Positions 40,038-47,007 of a DNA stretch of 64,000 nucleotides are shown here, in pieces. The DNA is taken from the IMG/VR virus record IMGVR_UViG_3300037067_015039, positions 1 to 64,000 of that record, one strand, 5' to 3'. Position numbers and translations under genes: made by a program. The stretch comes from a virus (taxonomy: Duplodnaviria; Caudoviricetes). The notes beneath the pieces were generated by a model that did no database searches, was not told the origin of the DNA, and was given only the letters and a program-made list of their open reading frames with translations. How positions within the stretch are numbered: the stretch's first letter is position 1; the number at the start of each line of letters is the position of its first letter.

Positions 40038-40129
40038 TTGCGGAAAGTCGGTCGGCTCTTGGTTGACTAAGGACTTTACATCCTCCGCCTATGTTTTTAA
40101 GGAACATGTAAGCCAATCAGTATCCGCAA
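40038..40129 (-). ncRNA. Y-RNA-like unit Y2 (two hairpins)
   Basis: UUGCGGA/UCCGCAA stem; same scaffold. Confidence 0.75.
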
Positions 40130-40298
40130 AACTTTTCGTCCCATGTGCTATAGGCGCTGCGTCGTTTTAGCCCTGTTATGCCTAATTTGGGCCACTCAGA
40201 CAGCACATGGGACTTCCGATGGTCCCCACTACGGCTCTTATAGCCCCAATCCTCGAACCTTGGGTGGGTGTTGCCGGGCTATCCGACCATCTAAAATC

Positions 40299-40433
40299 TG
40301 GCTGCAAAGTCGATTCCGGAGTTGTCATGTTGCCCTACCATTGGGCGAATCCGGCATAAGGTGGAGCCGGATTCTGGATTCGAACCAGAACACTCATTGC
40401 TGAGTTCATGTAACCGTTTTCAGTGTGCAGCCA
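40299..40433 (-). ncRNA. Y-RNA-like unit Y3 (YrlA-like permuted tRNA mimic keeping CCA)
   Basis: UGGCUGCA/UGCAGCCA stem; order is T arm, acceptor 3' strand + U-CCA, loop, acceptor 5' strand, D arm. Confidence 0.85.
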
Positions 40434-40510
40434 TATAATTTGGGCGGGTGTCATTCATCCCCCCGGGGAGATTCCCACATGGCCAATGCAGTAGACACCC
40501 ATAATTTTTC

Positions 40511-40666
40511 TGGCCTTTAAGTCGATCAGCCTATTTTTCTGCGCGTTTACCATTTACGCCATTGCCCCATAATAAAGTTAAGGCGGGGCAAGAAGGATTC
40601 GAACCTCCAATTTCGGTTTCCCGAAAACAGGACCCTAAGTCATGTAAGCTATTCAGTAAAAGGCCA
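40511..40666 (-). ncRNA. Y-RNA-like unit Y4 (YrlA-like permuted tRNA mimic, long variable arm)
   Basis: UGGCCUUU/AAAGGCCA stem; GGAGGUUCGAAUCCUUC T arm; UUGCCCC/GGGGCAA acceptor; GCGUAAAUGGUAAACGC D arm. Confidence 0.85.
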
Positions 40667-40900
40667 TAATCTTTTCAAAGATCTGGAAGAGTCTGCAACG
40701 CCTTGGAGCCTGTAATATAATTCCGCAACTAATTCAGGATCCACGTTAGTCCGAATCGCTTGCTCTGGTAGCCAAGAGGCAGTGTGTTTTTACCTGGACT
40801 CAGACTCTATAATCCGGGGGGCTCTTGGGACGCTATCCACTTTGAGCCCCTATTCAAAATGCCCTCAATATGGGCGTTTAGTATTTTATGGCTGTAAGCC

Positions 40901-40931
40901 GTTTCAATCCACGCCTCACAACGGAAGCGAC
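40901..40931 (-). CRISPR. Solitary type I-C-like CRISPR repeat (no array)
   Basis: GTCGCTTCCGTTGTGAGGCGTGGATTGAAAC fits GTCGC...GCGTGGATTGAAAC, with a CGCUUC/GAGGCG hairpin; no cas genes in the window. Confidence 0.85.
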
Positions 40932-41052
40932 TTGGCTGTAAGTCGAATGAGGATCATTTGTGTTCGATACCCATCGACCCCCCCATACTATTTTTGTGGA
41001 GGGGGGCGCCTGCGAGGCGCTACGCATGTAGCCTCAAAACAGTAACAGCCAA
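40932..41052 (-). ncRNA. Y-RNA-like unit Y5 (degenerate three-hairpin cargo)
   Basis: UUGGCUGU/ACAGCCAA stem; scaffold motifs present. Confidence 0.75.
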
Positions 41053-41246
41053 ACTCTAATCCCTGTGGTCCGGACAACTCACTCCCAAGTACCCCGGATT
41101 CCCGGATTGCAAGATCATAGTCAGAAAACAAAATCGGCTTGCCCCTTGGAGTCGGTCTCTTGCCAATTTCTGCTATGTGTATCCACGGGCGCTAATCCCT
41201 TGCTGTGTTGGGGCGATGGCTCTCACGCCAATGCCACAGGGAAAAT

Positions 41247-41819
41247 CTACTTGATTACCCGCTTTGCGAGATAATCAACAAACTTATTAGGATCCATCCC
41301 GCGCTCTGCGCACCAGATAAACGGATCCTGCGAACCTTTATCCTTGTTGCATGATTTGCAGGACGTCAGATAGTTCGAAGTATTATTCTTCTTTTCGTCC
41401 ATTTCGAGAGGGATGAAGTGATCAATCGTCATAAGAGCTTCACCCATCTTTTTCCCGCAATACATGCATTTGAAACCATCGGCCGCCCAAACCTTTTGTT
41501 GGATCGAGCCTGATATTTCATATCTCACCTTTCGTTGGAAGATCTTGGGGTTTCCAACAAGTATTTCCGGATCATCAGAGCGGTGAATGAAATCAGACCA
41601 TTCTTCTACTGTAAGTTCTCTCCATTCGCTATAAGCACATATATCCATGCCATTATTATTGGCTCGGTTAAGAACTCCAGGAAGGGCCAGAATCATGCTC
41701 GAACCACCCCCTGTAAGAAGAATGCCACTAATCTTAACCAGTGACCCGATATCCCCATACATAACCGGGCGATTTCGCATTTCCATCAAATAAAACCGAT
41801 CACCGCTACTCTTGGCCAT
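41247..41819 (-). CDS. HNH endonuclease within the RNA array
   Basis: DGFKCMYCG...TIDHFIP...NYLTSCKSCNKDKG. Confidence 0.9.
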   Translation of the reverse strand: MAKSSGDRFYLMEMRNRPVMYGDIGSLVKISGILLTGGGSSMILALPGVLNRANNNGMDICAYSEWRELTVEEWSDFIHRSDDPEILVGNPKIFQRKVRYEISGSIQQKVWAADGFKCMYCGKKMGEALMTIDHFIPLEMDEKKNNTSNYLTSCKSCNKDKGSQDPFIWCAERGMDPNKFVDYLAKRVIK

Positions 41820-41836
41820 CTCTACCTCTTAAAAAC

Positions 41837-41968
41837 TGGCGTCAAGTCGATATGCTTTATTTCGCGCTCTAACCAGACTGAGCTACCCGGACGCATACGC
41901 GCCCGGGGTTGGATTCGAACCAACGACCTCGGCATTGGAATTGCATGTAAGCCTACCAGTGAACGCCA
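41837..41968 (-). ncRNA. Y-RNA-like unit Y6 (YrlA-like permuted tRNA mimic)
   Basis: UGGCGU/ACGCCA stem; GUUGGUUCGAAUCCAAC T arm; closed acceptor; UAGCUCAGUCUGGUUAGAGC D arm. Confidence 0.88.
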
Positions 41969-41982
41969 TTACTATAATTGCT

Positions 41983-42109
41983 GTTCCCTGAAAGTCGCTC
42001 AGCTTTTTAAGGATTGAATAATCGGATTTGAACCGATCACACACTGATTTAAATTCAGTTGCTCTACCAAATGAGCTATATTCATGTACGCTGAACAGTG
42101 TCAGGGAAC
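41983..42109 (-). ncRNA. Y-RNA-like unit Y7 enclosing a non-permuted tRNA cloverleaf (anticodon UUA)
   Basis: GUUCCCUGA/UCAGGGAAC stem; D arm, ACUGA-AUUUAAA-UCAGU, T arm in normal order. Confidence 0.82.
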
Positions 42110-42117
42110 GTATTTTA

Positions 42118-42525
42118 TTAATTTTGCTGGATCAAACACCATAACCCTTTTTTTCGCTCGACTCTCGGGGTTTTCCTTTTCGACTCTTTATGAAGTGTAC
42201 TATAAAGAGTTTGAATTGGGTTTTTCCCCTGGACCTGATGACCTGATTCAGTCAATCGGTCCAAAAGAGCCGGCGTCCTAATAGGGCCGCCTGTGCTTAT
42301 AATTTCGATGGCCGCGCCTATGATGGATATTGGTCCCTCAACTTTCGAATCAGGTCCCGGCTGCGGTACTGGCGTTTCCTGTGGAGATCGTTCCACGTCT
42401 GAAAGGAAATAATCGATCTCGGAGAGTAAAGCGCCAATGCGATTCTTCTCTTTAATCAGTTCTTCCTTTAGGGAGACTGCCTTCTCTTTTATTGCTGCCA
42501 TTCCTGAATTCGTAAGTGTCATCAT
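42118..42525 (-). CDS. Coiled-coil + winged-helix (HARE-HTH-like) DNA-binding protein
   Basis: AIEII..GGP......L...L......GKNPIQTLYSTL......VERKKGLW.L. Confidence 0.65.
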   Translation of the reverse strand: MMTLTNSGMAAIKEKAVSLKEELIKEKNRIGALLSEIDYFLSDVERSPQETPVPQPGPDSKVEGPISIIGAAIEIISTGGPIRTPALLDRLTESGHQVQGKNPIQTLYSTLHKESKRKTPRVERKKGLWCLIQQN

Positions 42526-42549
42526 AACCGCTACCTTTTGAGCTTGACC

Positions 42550-42578
42550 AATTTACTTCTGGTTATATTCTATGTCAA
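42550..42578 (-). promoter_or_regulatory. Sigma70-like promoter upstream of the wHTH gene and Y-RNA array
   Basis: TTGACA-N17-TAAATT on the minus strand. Confidence 0.6.
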
Positions 42579-43021
42579 GCTTTTTTATCGAAGTTTCGGA
42601 AATATTTCGCTTTCGACATGGTTTCTTCGCGCTCATTGATTTTTTTTATGAGCTGGTATGCTTTCTCCCGGGAAAAGTTATACAAGGCATCCTTATCATC
42701 CCCTACTCCAGGAAAGGATTCAGCCCCCTGTTCATACCATTCCATATCTTCAAAATCTTTGGTGAAAGCCTGCTTAGCCCGGCCGATCGCAACTGATCGG
42801 GCGAGTTTTTTGTTAAACTGGTATCCCCATTCACAACGGCCGATCCCCCACGAGAGTTGGCCCATATAGACCATAACAACTACAGTGATCCCTCTGAGTC
42901 CGTTATGTAAACTGATTAAATTCGATAAATCGCCTTTTTTAGGTGGGACGTCATTCCGCAGATGGAACACAAAGGAACTCTGAGGAACGATGGCATGGAA
43001 CACTCTTTTTTTACTTAACAT
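42575..43021 (-). CDS. Hypothetical protein
   Basis: GIGRC...QFNKKLARSVAIGRA motif. Confidence 0.6.
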   Translation of the reverse strand: MLSKKRVFHAIVPQSSFVFHLRNDVPPKKGDLSNLISLHNGLRGITVVVMVYMGQLSWGIGRCEWGYQFNKKLARSVAIGRAKQAFTKDFEDMEWYEQGAESFPGVGDDKDALYNFSREKAYQLIKKINEREETMSKAKYFRNFDKKA

Positions 43022-43245
43022 ACATCTCCTTGTTGTTGCTTATCCCACGGCCTGCCAGGCCGACGAGGATGAAGCTGTTTTACTTTGTCCCTATAATACT
43101 GCGTTGCTCGAGCCACGGAGCACTTTCGGCACACGCGGCGTTTCCTACCCTTTCTATCAATCACGATGATAAGATTAGGCTTTTGATAGGCATGCCCGTT
43201 CGGGCAATGAGTCTTCGCTCGGTTAGCCGATTTCACCTTGCTCAT
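43015..43245 (-). CDS. Small Zn-binding protein (HNH-associated C-terminal-type domain)
   Basis: KTHCPNGH.Y...NL.......R.CRKC. Confidence 0.7.
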   Translation of the reverse strand: MSKVKSANRAKTHCPNGHAYQKPNLIIVIDRKGRKRRVCRKCSVARATQYYRDKVKQLHPRRPGRPWDKQQQGDVC

Positions 43246-43460
43246 ACTGAGGACACTGGTAAAAGCTCTTCTGTATTTCGAGTAGCTTCGATAATGAGAG
43301 CTTTATTTGCACCAGGAGCCATTTTTATGTTGATTCCCTTATTAAATACCATGATGTTTGCAAGGTTTGACTGATCAACACCACTGGAAGGCTCAAGTAT
43401 AATCTGAGCTTTAGTCTCTTCGAATCGGAATACTACTTTCATCGGTTTCCCTCCAAGCAT
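43242..43460 (-). CDS. Hypothetical protein
   Basis: ATGA-coupled; upstream sigma70-like promoter. Confidence 0.55.
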   Translation of the reverse strand: MLGGKPMKVVFRFEETKAQIILEPSSGVDQSNLANIMVFNKGINIKMAPGANKALIIEATRNTEELLPVSSV

Positions 43461-43462
43461 GC

Positions 43463-43491
43463 TATATACTATTTGCTTTGGGATTTGTCAA
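43463..43491 (-). promoter_or_regulatory. Sigma70-like promoter
   Basis: TTGACA-N17-TATATA on the minus strand. Confidence 0.55.
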
Positions 43492-44249
43492 AGGGTTAGA
43501 TCAACTTTCTTTAATCCTATAGCACATCCATCAACATTAGTATCCCTATTGTCCACTTGTTGAGTGGATCCAAAACCACGGAACTCATAATGTTTTCCTG
43601 TAGTTCCTCCAACTATAGCCATATCTCCCTGGCCTTCCCATCTGAATACGGTAAAGCTTGGAACATACACCCCAATCGTTCTCCTCCGATCGCCACAGCA
43701 GCCCATTTATGTTTCCTCAATAACAGGAGACTGATTTGCCTCTGGATCTCCCACTTTTGGAGTCTCCACTTCTGGTGCCGGATCCTTACTGACAGCCGCT
43801 ATTGGAGGAGTATCAGGTTTCTCGTATTTCTGCCCGGCAATACGTCTGGCCATACTTTTAGACGGAACCGGAGTTTCAGTCTTCCCTAAATCGATTATTT
43901 GGCCTGCGTCATATTGTCCGGCCGGGATTGGGGCTGAGGTTATTTTTGATTCAGCAACCTCCAAACCATCATCATCAATAAAAAATACATGAGGTTGCTG
44001 CCGGCCCATGTATTTATTGAGCGCCGGGATCATAGCAATAATCCCTTCCTGCATTTGCCAGTCAGGTCCCATATTTGTCATCGGCGGGGATACTTCCGGT
44101 TTAAAGGTAGGGGTCTGGATCTCAACCTTATGGAATCCCATCGTTACTGTGATCCGGACAAATAATCTTAATTGATCCACCCACTTCCATCCTCTTCGCG
44201 CCGCCATTGCTATTTGTCCAAAATTAGGTACTGTTTTTGCCATGGTCAT
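43488..44249 (-). CDS. Two adjacent hypothetical proteins (43488..43706; 43707..44249)
   Basis: Abutting ORFs with RBS; the first begins MGCCG. Confidence 0.55.
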
Positions 44250-44523
44250 TCCTTCCTGTAAGTTTTTCGATTACGACTACGGCGCCGGAAAGCGCCAACC
44301 AATTCACCAAGAATTGATTTATTGTTTTGCTGAACAATATTGCTGTGGGAAATGATACCCATATACTGAGGCAGTAAGGACAATCCATCAATTTCCCTCG
44401 CCAGCCATTGCCGGCTCTTTTTCTGATCCTTAAAATCAGATCACCAGGACCATCCTCAAAGGCTATCAAGTGTGAGACTCTATAAACCGCTAGACTGGCT
44501 ATTACCAACTGGGTCAGATCCAT
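44224..44523 (-). CDS. DUF1360-like membrane protein
   Basis: LAVYRVSHLIA.EDGP...GKLMDCPYCLSIWV. Confidence 0.85.
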   Translation of the reverse strand: MDLTQLVIASLAVYRVSHLIAFEDGPGDLILRIRKRAGNGWRGKLMDCPYCLSIWVSFPTAILFSKTINQFLVNWLALSGAVVVIEKLTGRNDHGKNST

Positions 44524-45126
44524 TCATTTCCTCTGCGGATTTATAAATCAGTTCTTGAATGTCCTCTAGGGCTTTCTTGGCTATCGCGCCTATTTCCTTG
44601 ATCCTTTGCGTTTCTTCGTTGCGGCGCCAAACTAATGTCATGTTACGTATTTTACCGATGGTACTGATAGCAATCAAAAACGCCGCCCGAGTCTGAGCAA
44701 CTTCTATTTCCATGCTTTCACGGCACAAATGGCCTGGTTCTAACTGACCTCCACAATACGAGCATTGAGGATACGGCGGGTTGCCCTCATGGAGAGGAGG
44801 ATTTATTGAACCTGGAAGTGTTCCATCCATAAACCAGTCTCCTTAACGATGTTCGTGAACCCTTCGTAACTTACATTAGGCCCAAGCACAGTAAGAACCC
44901 CATAAACTCCTTTTTCGTTTGGAACCCCGACAAGCAATCCCAGGATCCTGAATTCAGGACAATTCGCTTCAACATCAGCTCTAAACTGCTTCATGCATTC
45001 ATTGAACGCATCCATTTGCTCAGGGCTTACTCCAAGCTTGGCGGCCGCCTGTTCAGATTTTGGAGTCAGATTGTTTCCCATCCGCTTCTCCCTTTTCGGC
45101 ATCAGCCGGCGCAGTAACCCTTTCAT
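44480..45126 (-). CDS. Two hypothetical proteins (44480..44830; 44803..45126)
   Basis: Overlapping coupled ORFs. Confidence 0.5.
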
Positions 45127-45331
45127 ATTTATATCCCCGCCGCAATTGAAGGTTTACAAACTTCCCTTTTGATGAAGCATGGAGTAATTCCTCCCAAACT
45201 TCCGGGGGAACGTCATGATAAACATAAACCTCATTGTTTTTCGTGAATTTTACAAAACAATCCCTACTCCCTTCATGATAGGCGATTGCAGACACAATGG
45301 ACGATCCGTATACTGGCTGATAATCAGGCAT
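45053..45331 (-). CDS. KTSC domain protein
   Basis: SSIVSAIAY...VKF....YVYHDVPPEVWEELLHASSKGKFVN. Confidence 0.9.
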   Translation of the reverse strand: MPDYQPVYGSSIVSAIAYHEGSRDCFVKFTKNNEVYVYHDVPPEVWEELLHASSKGKFVNLQLRRGYKYERVTAPADAEKGEADGKQSDSKI

Positions 45332-45340
45332 AAAGACTCC

Positions 45341-45511
45341 TTAATTAACTCGATTATGGATCCATATTTCCATACAGGTTTCATCGTTTTCCACTCGTTC
45401 ATCTAACTGAGGGCTACACCAGCATTTTGGATTTTGAGTATGTTCGGGTTCTCGCTCGGATTCAGGGAAAACATGGTATCGAATCAGTTTCTTATCAATC
45501 GGTTCGCTCAT
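45341..45511 (-). CDS. Small His/Cys protein (56 aa, not in the ORF track)
   Basis: HVFP.....EH.....CWCSP......IHN; AAGGGG RBS. Confidence 0.65.
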   Translation of the reverse strand: MSEPIDKKLIRYHVFPESEREPEHTQNPKCWCSPQLDERVENDETCMEIWIHNRVN

Positions 45512-45522
45512 GGTTCCCCTTC

Positions 45523-46091
45523 TTATTGCATTCGACCTCTATTCCAGAGGCTCTTATAAGGACTCGTGGCTTCTGATTCCAGTTCCTCTTTGAATACAAT
45601 ATCCTTCGTCTTTTGTTTGATCATTGTAATAAAAACACTCATTAAGAGAAGAATAAAAAGAGTCCCGATCGCTCCGATCGCCCATGCCGGACAGTGATAT
45701 TTATCCATGTAAAGCCACGTCACAGCAACAAATAATATAAAACGACCCGGGCTATTAGGGATTCTTTTCCACGGCAATACCCAATGATCATCATTTTCTT
45801 TTTTTGGCGACATCCCAAACCTGCCTTTCTCGGTTAAGAGGCGAGAATAATCTCCTTTTTTCTGTTCATATGTTCCAAGGTGATTGAAGAACCATAATGA
45901 GCCATTTGTTTAAGTTCTTCTTCCGGGAAGAGCTTCCATTGTCCGTTATTCTGGAAAACCAGAAAACGCTGACAATCCTTGCAAAAAGCAATATCATTTT
46001 CGTTCGGTATGCCCTTCCCGGTTATACGATGAGCGCCCGGAATATCATTTTTGCAATTTGGACATACTCCAAGTGACTTCTGTTCCATCAC
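45523..46091 (-). CDS. Two hypothetical proteins (membrane protein 45523..45813; Zn-ribbon 45834..46091)
   Basis: Two TM segments; CPNC...CKDC. Confidence 0.55.
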
Positions 46092-46097
46092 CGCTCC

Positions 46098-46580
46098 TTA
46101 CTGCACAGCCGCTGGTTGCGGTGCTGATTTCAGATCTTCAAAATCGAACTTCTCCTGCATAGCCCGGCGAAGTTCTGGAAGAGGATTATGCCAACAACCA
46201 TGACGCTCGATAATGGAAATAAACTCCTCAAAATCATGGTCCTTGAGATAGAACCCTTTTTCATCAACAGCCAGATGGCAGAGTTCGTGATCAACAAGAG
46301 CTACCTGCTGCTCAAGGGTGAGAACGTCCCAATATACCTCGTCGACCTCGATTATGAAGTCGAAACCTGTGAGAGCGTGGTAAACCGGGTTTACTAATTT
46401 TGCCTTTGCCATTGCCGGATGTTTGCCCATTCGCGCCGGTGGTGGTGGGCCGTCGCTGTCCTCCGGAGCCAGTTTCATCATGTACGCAATCTTTGCGTGA
46501 GCTATATCCTGATGGTGCAGTAGGATTAGAGGCTCCGCCACTTCTTCTACCCTTTCTGAAGTTTCGTATTCTGCTGCCAT
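46098..46580 (-). CDS. Putative phage metallopeptidase
   Basis: DFIIE...W..L...Q..ALVDHELCH...HDFEEF..IIERHG; start MAAEYE after AGGAG. Confidence 0.85.
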   Translation of the reverse strand: MAAEYETSERVEEVAEPLILLHHQDIAHAKIAYMMKLAPEDSDGPPPPARMGKHPAMAKAKLVNPVYHALTGFDFIIEVDEVYWDVLTLEQQVALVDHELCHLAVDEKGFYLKDHDFEEFISIIERHGCWHNPLPELRRAMQEKFDFEDLKSAPQPAAVQ

Positions 46581-46780
46581 TATTGCTCTCCTTTGATTTT
46601 TGTTCGAATTTTTCCGGCCGGCAATTACGATTCTTGCACATGCTGGAATGAAGCAACATTGAAGCCGGTCCCACTTCAAATGTAGCCGCTTTGCTCATAA
46701 AAACCAGACCACCACATTTAAAGTGAACTAGCCATGGTCCAACATAATCCTTTTTTGTGGGTTTGTCTCTCCCTTTTCTA

Positions 46781-47005
46781 TTATGATCCTTGTTCAGGTG
46801 GTTTTTTGGTTTTGGTCTGATCTTCATTATTAAACCCCCTTAATATTGCCGCTCGACCGATTAAAGATACCCCAACCCTATCAGCTTCATCAGGAGTCAT
46901 TATTAAAGAATCTCCTATCTGATGATCAAAAACCATCTTTATGCAGCCTGCCTTTCGATCAATCCCAATTACTGATTCCAGTTTGACGTATTCTGATTCC
47001 GCCAT
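46781..47005 (-). CDS. Hypothetical protein
   Basis: AAGGA RBS. Confidence 0.55.
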   Translation of the reverse strand: MAESEYVKLESVIGIDRKAGCIKMVFDHQIGDSLIMTPDEADRVGVSLIGRAAILRGFNNEDQTKTKKPPEQGS

Positions 47006-47007
47006 AA

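Noticed and set aside
40138-40213. Hammerhead ribozyme
   Set aside because: CUGAGUG and UAAAAC do not match the required CUGANGA and GAAA core.
40446-40500. Eighth Y-like unit (GGGTGTC/GACACCC stem with UACUG and CAUG)
   Set aside because: Lacks CGACUU and the second helix; may be a decayed unit or a separate hairpin, so not counted.
40932-41052. Permuted tmRNA
   Set aside because: Far too short; no tag reading frame and no T-loop consensus.
42015-42085. Stop-codon reassignment implied by the UUA anticodon
   Set aside because: Long genes are intact in the standard code and many end in TAA with tight coupling; the cloverleaf lacks CCA and is sealed inside a Y-like RNA.
39951-42109. Array read as a CRISPR array or ordinary tRNA cluster
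   Set aside because: The units are not identical direct repeats, and most tRNA-like parts are permuted, lack anticodon loops and are enclosed in a shared stem scaffold.
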